Assembly (NCBI RefSeq): GCF_020745735.1
Contig: NW_026867492.1
Coordinates: 124,001-188,000 of the forward strand
Reading direction: 5' to 3'
Length of the DNA stretch: 64,000 bases
Source of the DNA: Hemiscyllium ocellatum
Lineage: Eukaryota
A program made the position numbers and the translations under genes. Under the pieces are notes generated by a model that was not told the origin of the DNA, did no database searches, and saw only the letters and a list, made by a program, of their open reading frames with translations. Below, piece after piece: positions 45,145-57,624 of this stretch; position 1 is the first letter of the stretch; each line of letters starts with the position of its first letter.

Positions 45145-46742
45145 CTACTTCGACACTGTCCTATCCCCCCCCCCCCCCCAGTCCAGGAACTCCCCACATA
45201 CGTTCAGGACACCACCCACGCCCTCCACCTCCTCCAAGACTTCCGTTTCCCCAGCCCCCAACGTCTCATCTTCACCATGAATATCCAAACCCTCTACACC
45301 TCCATCCGCCATGGCCAGGACCTCGAAGCCCTCTGTTTCTTCCTCTCCCGACGTCCCCAACAGTACCCTTCCACCGACACTCTCATTCGTCTGGCCAAAC
45401 TGGTCCTCATCCTTAACAATTTCTCCTTCGAATACTCCCACTTCCTCCAGACCAAAGGGACAGCCATGGGCACCCGTATGGGCCCAGCTATGCCTGTCTC
45501 TTTGTTGGCTACGTAGAACAGTCCATTTTCCATAATTAAACCGGCACTCTCCCCACCTCTTCCTCCGCTACATTCATGACTGCATTGGCGCCATCTCGTG
45601 CTCCCGCGAGGAGGTTGAGCAAGCTTCACCGACACATTCCACCCTGACCTTAAATTTACCTGGACCATCTGACACCTCCCTCCCCTTCCTGGACCTCTCC
45701 ATCTCCATTAATAACAACCGACTTGACAGTAGCGTTTTATAAACCCACCGACTCCCACAGCTACCTGGACTGTACCTCTTCCCACCCTACCTCCTGCAAA
45801 AATGCCATCCCGTATTCCCAATTCCTTCGCCTCTGCCATATCTGCTCCCAGGAGGACCAGTTCCACCACAGAACACACCAGATGGCCTCCTCCTTCAGAT
45901 ACCGCAATTTCCCTTCCCACGTGGTTAAAGATGCCCTCCATCTTAAGCTTCGCATAAACCAAATCATCCGCCGACATTTCCGCCACCTCCAAATAGACCC
46001 CACCACCAGGGATATATTTCCCTCCCTATCCCTTTCCACCTTCCACAAAGACCGTTCCCTCTGTAACTAGCTGGTCAGGTCCATGCCCCCCAGAACCCAC
46101 CCTCCCATCCTGGCACCTTCCCCTGCCACCTGCGCCCTCACCTCCATCCAAGGCCCTAAAAGTGCCTTCCACACCCATCAAAGTTTTACCTGCACATCCA
46201 CCAATATCATTTATTCTATCCGTTGCTCCAGATGCGGTCTCCTGTACATTGGGGCGACTGGACGCCTCCTAGCAGAGCGCTTTAGGGAACATCTCTGGGA
46301 CACCCGCAGCAATCAACCACACCGCCCTGTGGCCCAACATTTCAACTCCGCCTCGCACTCTGCGAGGACATGGTGGTCCTGGGCCTCCTTCGCCGCCGCT
46401 CCCTCACCACCAGATGCCTGGAGGAAGAATGCCTCATATTCCACCTCGGAACACTTCAACAATTTCCTCATTTCCCCTTCCCCCACCTCACCCCAGTTCC
46501 AAACTTCCAGCTTAGCACTGTCCCCATGACCTGTCCTACCTACCTACCTATCTTCTTTTCCATCTATCCACTCCACCACTCCTCTCTCTCCCCCCATACC
46601 TATCACCTTCCTCCCACCCCCACTCACCTATTGTACTCTATGCTATTTTCTCCCCACCCCCACCCTACTCTCATTTATCTCTCCACCCTTCAGGATCTCT
46701 GCCTGTATTCCTGATGAAGGGCTTTTGCCCAAAATGTCGAAA
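45145..46742 (+). mobile_element. Penelope-like retroelement (RT + GIY-YIG endonuclease), 5'-truncated and frameshifted
   Basis: IFTMNIQTLYTSI, NNFSF..FLQTKGTAMGTRMGP, FLRYIHD, PFLDL, YKPTDSHSYL..SSHP..AIPYSQFLRL, IIYSIRCSRCGLLYIGATGR..ERFREH. Terminal hammerhead-like motif at 46711-46738. Confidence 0.9.
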
Positions 46743-49029
46743 TGTGAGGCAGCAATGCTAACTACTGAGCCACCGTGTCGCCCCCTTATATCTCAACGGT
46801 CTTTCAACTTTAAACACATTCATCACAGTCTTCCCAGAGGATCAGACTGTTCTCTCTCATTAGAGATTGCTGGTGGTGGTTTATCTTGAAGGTCACCACA
46901 CCTCAGCCGAGGGGAAAGGCCGAGAAGGAGATCCTCACATTTCTCCAACTTGGGTGATACATAATGTGAAGCACCTTGGTATACTTTTGTTGAAGTGTTA
47001 TCATCCGTATTAGCTGTTGCTGTTGCTGTCATTTATTGGCAAGACTCATGTCAAGTGAAACAATTTCAGCAAGAAATTGTCAGCCAATGCCAAAAAAGTG
47101 ATTGCCTTTGGTGAAAGAAAATTGGCGAAGAAAAAGAAATTAAAGTGTCGTGTACCTTTAGAGAGAATGGAAGGGTTGATGTTTCAAAATAAATGAAAAC
47201 AACATTTATGGAGTGGAGCAACAAACTAAATTAACAACGCAGGTTTTTTTCACATTACTGCGCTACTGCAAATGTCTGTATTATGGGAAAATGTTATGCA
47301 CTAAAATATGTTCTTATTTTGTAAAGAGTCAGGTCAATAGGTTTAATTTTGTCAACAGTGATCAATAAGATCTTGATTTATACAGCATCTATGTGAGATG
47401 CACTGGTAGTTAATATTTGATCGAGTAAGTCTCCACTGACCACCGCAAGAACAAGTTTTTCCCCTGTCTGAACTGTCAGAAAAGATGTACTTTCTTCACA
47501 AAGTTTGACTTCTTGATGTGTTTGTATGTCTTGCAATATTTGATTTTAAAATATGTAATTTACAGTGAAAATGAATTTTGTGCTTTTTAATGTTGATTTT
47601 AAGGTACGCTGATAAGAAACTATGTATGCATTTAGGCTGTCTTAAAAATAGAATGCTTTTCATACTCAAAGTTGCTGTGCAAACAAAACACAATTTGGGA
47701 GGTGATGGTTGTTCCCTATCTCAAAGCCAATATAAATAATACCTGTGGTGTCAACACATGCAGCCACTGCCTTTCACTCTTTTTTTTTGGAAATCATTGG
47801 GAATTTAACACATCACACTACTGCAGAAAATCAGAGCACGTTACATCGGGCTTCCCATCAGGATGCTGTAACAAAACTCAACCTAATTTGGGGCGTTGTG
47901 GAAAGTGAAAAATAAATGAATCTCTAGTATATACCCTGTGGTTAAAGAGCACTACAACAGTATTGTATGGACATGTCAGCTGTCTTGGTGAGACCTAACT
48001 TTACTCTGCGACACTTTGATTGGCTTGAGTTGTCGCTGACTGCATGTAAAACAAAACATTATGGAGTAAAGACATTTTTGCGACTGAAAATGTTTTATTT
48101 AGCCTTCAGCAGTCACACCTACACTTTTACCATATATTTTGCTGCTTATTTTGATTGAACTTGATGATACGTAACCTCAGTTGCTAAACAACCCTCAGTG
48201 GAGCCTCAAGCGTTATTTGAGATCCAACACAAAAGCCAACTTCTTCCAAATACAAAATGTTGCTGACTACAAAGAAAAATCATACAAAAGCTTTTATCAA
48301 CTCCCAGATTGATTTCCCGCAAGAAATAGCAGTATTGGCCATTCTGCTCCACCATTCAGTGAGATCATGTCTGATCTGATAACCCTCAATTCCATTTTCC
48401 AGCCTTTTCAACAAAACCCTTGATTCCCCACTGATCTTCCTTTGACACCTTCAATTTTTCAGAAGTTTTACTTATCTAGAACTTTGAAGACTGAGACACT
48501 TAGACACACAGTACCAACATCAATCCTTGTTAATTGTCCTTGCTTCTGCGCCACAGAAAATTGTTTTCTGGATCCTTGTTTGAGTCTACAAACTGCTCAA
48601 TAAGCTCAAACAACCCTCTTCTGTTCTTTTAATGAGCCAATATCTCTGACCACTCCAATTGAATGAAACTGAAAAAGCTTCCGAGCACTTTTGGTTGCAG
48701 CCAATAGGGCCAGGATTGAAGATAATTCTCATTTTCCTAAATACTTGGAATAGATTCAATTGATTTTAAACAAACAAGTTCTGACACATGTTCGGGTTCA
48801 CTTGAGAAGTTTAGCAGAATTGTTTTTCTCAGATGGGACAATGAAACTTCTTGAGATTGTTTCCACGATTGGAGGTCTACCTCCAGTTCTTTTTCTTAGC
48901 ACATTATAATTGATCTTCTGAATTAGTTTTATTTCATTATATCCATCCCTTCAAACAAACCAATTCTTCCCATAAGTAAATTCATCCATCTCCTGCACAT
49001 TCTAGTTGAAATTTTTCCTTAAATTCCAT

Positions 49030-49640
49030 GAAAATGTCCTTTCTCTTTCCTTAAATCTATGCCCCCTAGTTGCTGAAGCCATGCACCAAGGGGAAAAGTT
49101 TCTTCCTATCTAGACCCTAAGTTTCTTATCTGTACACTCCAAACAGGTCCTCACCCAGCCTTCTCTGCTCTAAGGAAAATACCCTCAGCCGATCTAATCA
49201 TTCTCATAGCTGAAACCCACCAACATGCACCACCCTGGGTTAGTATTCCCTTCTGCACCCTTTCTAGTGCCATCACATCCTTCTGATAATGTGACAACCA
49301 GATCCACTACTCCAGCTATGGCCCAACTAATGTCTTGTACAGTTCCAACATGATCTCCTGGTTCTCATGTTCAATGCCTTAACTACTAAGGGCAAGTATT
49401 CCATATGCCTTCTTAACCACTTAATCCACATGTCCTGTTGCCTTCAAGAATCTATGAACACATATACCTTTCTCTGATCTTCAGTACATTCTAAGTTCTT
49501 GCGACTCATCATGTACTCCCTTGCCTGTTGATCCTCCTGAAATGTATCATCTCAATCTTTTCAGGATTGAACTCCATCTGCCATTGTTCTGCTCATCTGA
49601 CCAAGCCATCTTTATTGCCCTGTAGTCTAAAACTTTCCTC
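49030..49640 (-). mobile_element. Old CR1 3' fragment
   Basis: Reverse-strand CR1 ORF2 remnants (WQMEFNPEK..., LYKTLVGP, LERVQK). Confidence 0.7.
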
Positions 49641-50659
49641 CTTGCCATATATTAGTGTGGGGTCTGAATTTCTTTTGGGCCTGATTTATTTAGGTTGCAT
49701 TGTGTTCATTCTGTGGGCATAGTTTTAGAAGATTAGGAAGATACTTGGATCCAGTATCTGTTTATACCCAAAGAAGAAACTCAAACCAGATTTTTTTTGA
49801 TCCAATGTTTTCCCTGGTAACATTTTCACAATGACTTCAATTTCCGCAACACCCTTTGCTTAACTTAAACTATGTTCAAATCAAGACATTACTGAATCGA
49901 GATCATAACTTCTTGTACTATTAAATCTGTCTCAAGCAATGCTGCAAATTAGGTAATCTTGCATTATTATTTTATAACTGCTCAAAACCTTTTCTAAAAA
50001 GTGACCGGATGAAGATTGAAGTTGACTGACTGAACTGCTTTCTTCATTTTATAATATTGCCAAAAAAAATAAATGTTCAAACATGTGCCATCTTTTTCTT
50101 TCTCTAAAATAGGTAATAAGGTGAAAGGGGATAATGGACAAAGCAATGAAAACAATGCTGACTCTAATTCTGCAAGTATGTTCTTTTCAATAAGTTTAAT
50201 TCAATATTTACATTAATTACAGTTATGTGAGTGACACAAATAACAATAAGGCTGTTACTTAAGTTTAGAAATTCAATCACACTCTGTGTAGATGGCTTAA
50301 AATCATTATATCAAAAGCTTAAAGCGCTTGCATAAAACACAAAACCTCAGTTATGTTTATTATTTCCCAAAATGGGTTATCAAGTGAAAGGGAAGTATAA
50401 TTAGAGATTTGATGACAGCGAGCAAAATGGTAACTCTAATTTTGCAAGTATGCAAGGTTTAAGCTTAAAATGCATGACAGGTTTATTTATCCAAGAAATA
50501 CGCACCTTTACTCTCTCTAATATTAGCTCCAATTATCAATATTTGATATCAAATTAGAAGATCTAGCTTGAGAAATCTACAACGTATTGCCACACGCTTG
50601 CTATAAATACGACAGGGACACAGTAAAAGTCGTGAAAATTAAGTCAGATCTTTGTGGTT

Positions 50660-50905
50660 ACAGATCCATAAGATACAGAAGCAGAATCAGTCCATTCAAC
50701 TTGTTGAATCTGCTCCACCATTCGATCATGGCCAATGTTTCTCAACCCCATTCTCCTGCCTCCTCCCTGTAACCCTTGATTTCCTTACTAATCAAGAGCC
50801 TATCTTTGTCTGCTTTAAAAGCACTGTTACTTGCCTCATTTCAGTGGCAATGAGTTCCGCAGAGTCACCACTTTCTGACTGAAAACAATCTTCCTTATCT
50901 CATCC
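50660..50905 (-). mobile_element. CR1 3' end
   Basis: CATAAGATACAGAAGCAGAA...TCTGCTCCACCATTCGATCATGG tail, as at 10794. Confidence 0.7.
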
Positions 50906-50989
50906 CAGCATTTCTTGCCACCGAGAACTATGGGGACAGAGTCTATGTCTATATTTCTTTGTATGGTAATTTGTAAATAATATTTGTTT

Positions 50990-53000
50990 TTTTTCAGGTT
51001 CATTAGCTGCTGCTTAAGTGTGTTGGTAGGTTTGTGGGCTACCGTGATGCAGAGAGGTTTGAGTTGTCTAGACATTATTTAGAACATAGAACAATACAGC
51101 ACAGAACAGGCCCTTCCGCCCACGATGTTGTGCCGAACATTTGTCCTATCCATGTACCTATCCAATTGCCGCTTAAAGGTCACCAATGATTCTGACCCTG
51201 CCACTCCCACAGGCAGCGCATTCCATGCCCCCACCACTCTCCGGATAAAGAACGTACCCCTGACATCCCCCCCCATACCTTCCACCCTTCACCTTAAATT
51301 TATGTCCGCTTGTAACACTCTGTACCCGGGGGAAAGGTCTCTGACTGACTACTCTATCTATTCCCCTGATCATCTTTTAAACCTTTATCAAGTCACCCCT
51401 CACCCTTCGCCGTTCCAATGAGAAAAGGCCTACCGCACTCAACCTATCCTCGTACGACCTATTCTCCATTCCAGGCAACAGCCTGGTAAATCTCCTCTCC
51501 ACCCTCTCCAAAGCTTCCACATCTTTCCTAAAGTGAGGCGACCAGAACTGCACACAGTACTCCAAATGTGGCCTCACCAAGGTCCTGTAAAGCTGCAACA
51601 TCACCTCACGACTCTTGAATTCACTTCCTCTTCTAATGAACGCTAATACACCATAGGCCTTCTTACAAGCTCTATCCACCTGAGTGGCAACTTTCAAAGA
51701 GCTATGAACAAAGACCCCAAGATCCCTCTGTTCCTCCACCTTACTAAGAACCCTACCGTTAACCCTGTATTCCGCATTCTTATTTGTCGTTCCAAACTGG
51801 ACAACCTCACACTTGACAGATGTCTTTGATGTAAGGTAATGTGGCTGGGGTTTCTGTGCATGTCTGCTTGTTTGAGTTTGTTGTTGAGAAATCAGTGAAC
51901 AGGGTTTATTGGGTACCTGTTCTTGAATATGCTGTATAACTATGCTCTTCATAGTTCCTGGGAGGTGCAGTATGTAGTGGCTCGTTGAAATAGTGTCCTG
52001 ATGCAGATTTGTTTGGGATAATTTGCTTCTGCATTAAGTACTTGGGTCTGTGTATGTTGTTTTCCTGTAGACGTTAGTCTGAAGTTCCCTATTGACTGTT
52101 CACTCTACTGACATCTAAGAATGGCACTTTGTTGTTCTCTTTTGTGAATTTTATGCCAGTAAGGATATTGTTCCTGGTGTTGTAGGTTTCCTCTAATCTG
52201 TTTCATTTTGTGATGATAAAGGTGTCATCACTGTGGTGGACCCAAATTTTGGGTTGGAGCGTTGGGAGGACTGTTTGTTCAAGTCTCTGCATTATTGCTT
52301 CTGCTAGGAACCTTGATATTGGTGGTCTCATGGGTGTTCTGTTGATTTATTTGTAAGGCTTATTATTGAATGTGAAGTAGGTGATAAGATACGGGTCCAC
52401 AAGCTTGACAGTGTTATCTTTGCTGATGAAGTTGGTGCTGTTTGGTGTTTGTGTCTTTGGTGGTTTTTGTAGTGTAGTCAGTGTTTCTTTGGCCATGTTG
52501 ATGTTCATGGATGTGAGCGGGGCTGTTATGTCAAAGGACAGCATTATTTCATCCTCTTCTATCTTGGTGTCTTTGGTGTTCAGGAATTCTTGGGTGGAGT
52601 GAATGGAGTGGCATGAATCTTCTACTCAGTGCTTTCGTCTTCACTGGAGGCCTTTGACTAGTCTGTACACTGGTGTTCCAAGTGGTGAGACTGTGGGCCT
52701 GAGGGGGACTCCTGGTTTGAACAGGAGGAGAACAACAACAAAGTGCCATTCCTAGATGTCACAGTAGAGCAAACAGTTAAGGGGAACTTCAAACTCGCGT
52801 CGACAAGAAACAATACACACGGACCAAATACGTAACTACAGAAACAATCATCCCAACACCCACAAACGAAGCTGCATCAGATTATTTCAACGAGCGACCA
52901 CACATTGCAGCACAGAGGAACTGCGATGGGCAGAAGAGAAATACGTATACGTACTCAAGAAGAATGGGTAGCAATAAATCCAGTGCGCCATTTTCTCATT
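50990..53000 (-). mobile_element. Second Penelope-like RT family, degraded, with an inverted plus-strand segment at about 52720-53000
   Basis: Minus strand: LSFDITAPLTS, TYFTFNNKPYK, WVHHSDDTFII, HKPTNTLKQQL. Plus strand: VPFLDVTV...NHPNTHKRSCIR. Confidence 0.75.
51079..51817 (-). mobile_element. Young CR1 3' insertion nested in a Penelope element
   Basis: ORF 51377-51952 core CEVVQFG...LVRPHLEYCVQFWSPHFRKDVEALERV, with a (TTCTATG)-type tail AGAACATAGAAC. Confidence 0.9.
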
Positions 53001-53099
53001 GATGCTTCCAAGCTGACCCTCAAATTTGGTTTGTCCCTGCATTCTTTCCTGGTTGTCTTTTTGTGGGTTTTGAAAACTTTCCCAATCCGCTGACTGAGG

Positions 53100-53655
53100 A
53101 TAAGAGTTGGGAAGTTGTGTTGTGACTGATAGGACATTGGATAGACCACTTTTGGAATGTTGTGTGAAATTCTGGTCTCGCTCCTATCAGAATGATGTTG
53201 TGAAACTTGAAAGGGTTCAGAACACATTTAAAAGGATGTTGCCAGGGTTTGAGCTGAATGGGCTGGGCTGTTTTTCCTCGTGCACCAGAGGCTGAGGGGT
53301 GACTGAGAGTCATTAATAAAATCATGAGGGGCATGGATAGGGTAAATAGACAAGGACATTTCCCTGGGTGAGAGAGTCCAGAACTAGAGGATAAAAGGTT
53401 TAGAGTGGAGGAGGGCAAGATTTAAAAGGGTCCTAAGGAGTAACCTTTTCATGCAGAGAGTGGTGTGTATAAGGAATGAGCTGCCAGATCAAGTGGTGGT
53501 TGTTGATTCAGCTATGACATTTAAAAGGCATCTAGATAGGTATTTGACTAGGAAAGGTTTAGAGGGATATGGGCCAAGTGCTGGCAAGTGGGACTAGATT
53601 AGGCTAGGATATCTGGTTGGCCCGAAGGGGCTGTTTCTGTGCTGTAGATCTGACT
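53100..53655 (+). mobile_element. CR1 3' fragment in the ZNF-A upstream intron
   Basis: LDRPLLECCVKFWS..KLERVQ. Orthologous to 26815-27380. Confidence 0.8.
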
Positions 53656-53809
53656 CTGGCTTGCCACAAACATTTGCCATGTCCGTATGTTTAGTTTCTC
53701 TCGGGTTGTCTGTGTCAATGCCTTGATGTCTCATTCCACCCACCACATACCACCACCACCCACCACAGGGACGATAACCAATTCATGTCTGATTTTTTTA
53801 TCATTGCAG

Positions 53810-54459
53810 GTTCAACCTGAATTTACACTTCTTTTGCTTCCCAAAATTAGACTTGCTCACTCTCAGCAATATCCTGAAAGATATTAACTTTCACGTGGTG
53901 TTATCCAAAATTCGAAGATGTCAGTCCTGACGTTTTTTGAGAGTGGGATGCTTTCAATTTTGTGGAACAGCAAAAGAAAAAAATGTTCTGCAGAAAGTGG
54001 AGTAGCTTGTTCTGAATTTCTACCCTGGACTGACCGTGATGACTTTTGTAATCTCTTTTTCCAGAGTATTTGAAGATCTGAAGACTGAAGTTTAAAAATC
54101 AACAGATGAAGGGCCTATGCCTGAATCGTCGATTCTCCTGCTGTTTGGATGCTGCCTGACCTGCTGTGCTGTTCCAGCACCGCACTTTTCAACTCCTCTC
54201 CAGCCTCTGCAGTCCCCACTTTCACATCAATGTCTGACAGTCACTCAATCCATCGGGACCTCAACGATTTTCAACTATGATTCTTTGAGAAGGAGCAAAA
54301 CATTTTGGTTCCTGTTTCAGACAATTTTCAGCATCAGCGGGACTGGATGAGAGTCTCTACTGTTACAGCGCACTTTGTGTAAAGCCTGAAACAGTTATAC
54401 GGCCAGGAAAGAGGAATTTACTGTGGACAGGGGCCATACACGAGGCTGTAGCTGCAGCC
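53810..54459 (+). other. Inferred 5' UTR exons/intron of ZNF-A, shared with ZNF-C and ZNF-D
   Basis: Acceptor TCATTGCAG|G (53810) is homologous to minus-strand acceptors at 18060 and 26294. Last-exon acceptor TTTTCCAG|AGTATTTG (54065) is homologous to 25952. Confidence 0.55.
54104..54222 (+). mobile_element. Penelope-derived repeat with decayed hammerhead in the ZNF-A 5' UTR
   Basis: (C)AGATGA-A-GGGC-CTAT-GCCT-GAAT-CGTC...GATGCTGCCTGACCTGCTG. Orthologous at 25793-25913 and 17621-17721. Confidence 0.8.
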
Positions 54460-55635
54460 ATGGTTAAACCAGAGGACTCCCACACCGTGGAGAAACCGTG
54501 GAAGTGTTGCGACTGCGGGAGAGGCTTCCATGCCCCATCTGTCCTGGAGATTCATCGGCGAAGTCACACCGGGGAGAGGCCATTCTCCTGCCCCGAGTGC
54601 GGAAAAGGCTTTACCTGCTCCTCCCACCTGCTGGACCACCGCCGAGTCCACACTGGGGAGAAGCCATTCTCCTGCCCTGAGTGTGGGAAGGGCTTCACCT
54701 ACTCCTCCCACCTGCTGGCCCACCAGCGCGTCCACGCTGGGGAAAGGCCCTTCCCCTGCTCTGAGTGTGGGAAGGCCTTCAGCAAATCCTCGGACCTGCT
54801 GAAGCACCAACGAGTCCACAGAGGGGAGAGGCCATTCAGCTGCCCTGAGTGCGGGAAGGCCTTCAGTGATTCCTCGATTCTGCTGAGGCACCAGTGGGTC
54901 CACATCGGGAAAAGGCCGTTCTCGTGCCCTGAGTGCAGGAAGGGCTTCACCCGCTCTTCTGCTCTGCTGACCCATCTGCGGGTCCACACGGGTGAAAAGC
55001 CCTTTAGCTGCCCCGAGTGCAGGATGGCCTTCAGCAGGTCTTCCCACCTGCTGAGGCATCAGCGAGTCCACACTGGGGAGAGGCCGTACTCCTGCCTCCA
55101 GTGCGGAAAGTGCTTTACCCAGCCCTCCAACCTGCTGACCCACCAGCGGATCCACACCCGCGAGAGACCGTTCTCCTGCTCCGAGTGCGGGAAGGGTTTT
55201 GCTGTTTCCTCTAACCTCGTGGCCCACCGGCGGGTCCACACGGGGGAGAGGCCATTCAGCTGCCCCGAGTGCGGGAAGGCCTTCAGCAATTCCTCTGCCC
55301 TGCTTAGGCACCAGCGCGTTCACACCGGAGAGAAGCCGTTCTCCTGCCCAGAGTGCGGGAAGGGGTTTACCCGCTCCTCCACACTGCTGACCCACCAGCG
55401 GGTCCACACAGGGGAGAGGCCATTCAGCTGCCCCGAGTGCAGGAAGGCCTTCAGCGATTCCTCCGCTCTGCTGAAGCACCAGCGAGTCCACACCGGGGAG
55501 AGGCCCTTCAGCTGCCCTGAGTGCGGAAAGAGGTTTACATTTTCCCGCAACTTGCGGAAGCACCAGCGGGGGCACCAGCGCTCACAACAATCAGATTCCA
55601 CCGCTGACACTGCCATGAGTAACCCCCAGGACTGA
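54460..55635 (+). CDS. C2H2 zinc-finger protein, 13 fingers (ZNF-A, copy 2)
   Basis: 391-aa translation identical to 225-1400. Confidence 0.92.
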   Translation: MVKPEDSHTVEKPWKCCDCGRGFHAPSVLEIHRRSHTGERPFSCPECGKGFTCSSHLLDHRRVHTGEKPFSCPECGKGFTYSSHLLAHQRVHAGERPFPCSECGKAFSKSSDLLKHQRVHRGERPFSCPECGKAFSDSSILLRHQWVHIGKRPFSCPECRKGFTRSSALLTHLRVHTGEKPFSCPECRMAFSRSSHLLRHQRVHTGERPYSCLQCGKCFTQPSNLLTHQRIHTRERPFSCSECGKGFAVSSNLVAHRRVHTGERPFSCPECGKAFSNSSALLRHQRVHTGEKPFSCPECGKGFTRSSTLLTHQRVHTGERPFSCPECRKAFSDSSALLKHQRVHTGERPFSCPECGKRFTFSRNLRKHQRGHQRSQQSDSTADTAMSNPQD

Positions 55636-57624
55636 TTCTCCTGACAGTGGGTGCAGTGGGAGAGTTGGTGCACTGTATTTGTTTTCCGTTGGACTGCAAC
55701 CCCACGGTGGCTCAGAGGTGGCATGGTGACTGAGTGATTAGCACTGTTGCCTCATGGCACCAGGAACCAAGGATCAATTCCACCCTTGGGGCGACTGTCT
55801 GTGTGGAGTTTGTGGAGGGTAGGAGAATGGATGAGATAAGAAACCGCTGCCTGCCTTGAGACAAGTCTCCCGGAGAGAACTTGCTGACTGATTGATTGTC
55901 TGATCTCCTGATCCTCACAGTGCCCTATTGCCCTCAGTTAACTGGAGGAGGTCCACACAGATGTACCGAAGCCCCTCTTTGGACTGTGGAAGGAAACCTG
56001 TGCAGACAGGGAAAGCATGCAAACTCCACATAGACAGTTACCGGAGGCTGGAATTAAACTTGGGTCCCTTATGCTGTGAGGTAGCAATGCTAAGCAGTGT
56101 GCTACCCCAATATGTTATAAAATTTGAATAAACCTACTAAGTTGGAAATGTGTCCATGCCAAGAACTTACTGTAAATGTTTGGAAGCAAAAGTCCATCGA
56201 AATTGTCTTTGTGACGGATCTAAAACTTACTTCATTAATGATTGAAAATACTTTGACCTCTGGAACTGTCTGCCAGAGAGTGTGTTGGAGTCAGATTCAA
56301 TTACGGTATTCAAAATAGAGGTGGATCATTCAACTGAAAAGGAAAGCAATTGTAGTGTTCAGTGAAGAATAGTACAAGGTACTGTAGTGGATGTCAGAAT
56401 GAATTTTCTGATTGGGGCTGTTCACTTGCTCCTGTTACCATTTCAGGTTGCTGACTTTTCGTTAGCATCCTGCACATGTTGGGATTTTTTTCTCCTTTCT
56501 AGGATCTATTTGAGTGACTCAGTGACAAATCTAGTTTATGAATTGTTCCTATGATATCTCATGAGAGGGTTTATGATATTCAGTGCTGTATAAATTGTTG
56601 TGGGTCACAATGTGTCCAAGTGAGGAAAAACAAACTGTTCATCTTAAATATTTGTTTTTAAACAATGGAAATAAACAATGGAAAACACACACAACTTGCT
56701 GTGTAGGAATCATCATAAATAGGAATGGGAGTAAGTAATTGACTGTCGAGATGCTCTGTCTTTCATTTATCTAAATTCTCTTTCCTGTACTTGTTTTTTC
56801 GTGACTTCATCTGCTGAAGTGACTACACTCCAAAAGCTTGTGATTTCAACATAAGAACTAGGAGCAAGAGTCGGCCTTCCGGCCCTTCGAGTCTGCTTCA
56901 CCACTCAATAAAATCATGACTCATCTTTTCGTGGACTATGTATGCTCCACTTACCTGCACTTTCACCATATCCCTTAATTCTTTTATTTTTTCAAAAACG
57001 TATCTACTGCTTCTAGTGATTGCTGAAGTAATGTCAAATACTTCCCTGGGCAAGGAATTCCATAGATGAACAACCCTCTGCGTGAAGAAGTTTCTTCTCA
57101 GTTCAGTTTTAAACCTGCTTCCTCTAATCTAGAGGCCATGCGCTCTTATCCTAGTCTCACCTACCAGTCCAACATTCTATTTCTATTTCTGTAAGATCAT
57201 CCAAACAACCTGTTGGACTATAACCTGGTGTCATGTGACTTATGACTAAAAAATGTGTTACCACGCATCCTCATAGCAGTGGGATTTCAGGGCTCGAAGA
57301 TTGGGACACTACCACTGCATCATAAAATAAAACCCTCTGCAGCAAATAGGTCCTCTTCTATTGAATGAATGGGGAGAGGTTTCTTCTCAACATGGGGTAC
57401 AAATATTATACCCTCAGAGCCCATTACACTGAATTGAGCCCTCTTCGGTTGAATGAATGGATGTGGAGGTGCCATAGTTGAAAACGTTAAAAATCACATC
57501 TTGCCCCTAAATATGTGACACTACCGCTATAGCCCCAGAGCCCGTTGCAGTAAATTGGGTCAGCTGCTGTTGAATGAATGAACGGGAATGAAAAGGGCGG
57601 ATTCACTGAGCCGCTTGTGACATT

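Noticed and set aside
46711-46738. Active hammerhead at the end of the Penelope element
   Set aside because: Essential G12 is mutated (AAAA instead of GAAA), so it is recorded only as a decayed motif.
46950-47990. TM-like stretch (LSSVLAVAVAVIYWQD..VKQFQQEI..DCLW) and later GALW...IYPV, faintly reminiscent of a TOR1AIP/LAP1 luminal domain
   Set aside because: Interrupted by stops, with none of the conserved central motifs recognisable. Too weak without a profile search.
48420-49030. Coding-looking minus-strand stretch (EKELEVDLQSWKQSQEVSLSHLRKTILL...), possibly Gypsy gag-like
   Set aside because: Multiple stops and no diagnostic motif, so it could not be assigned.
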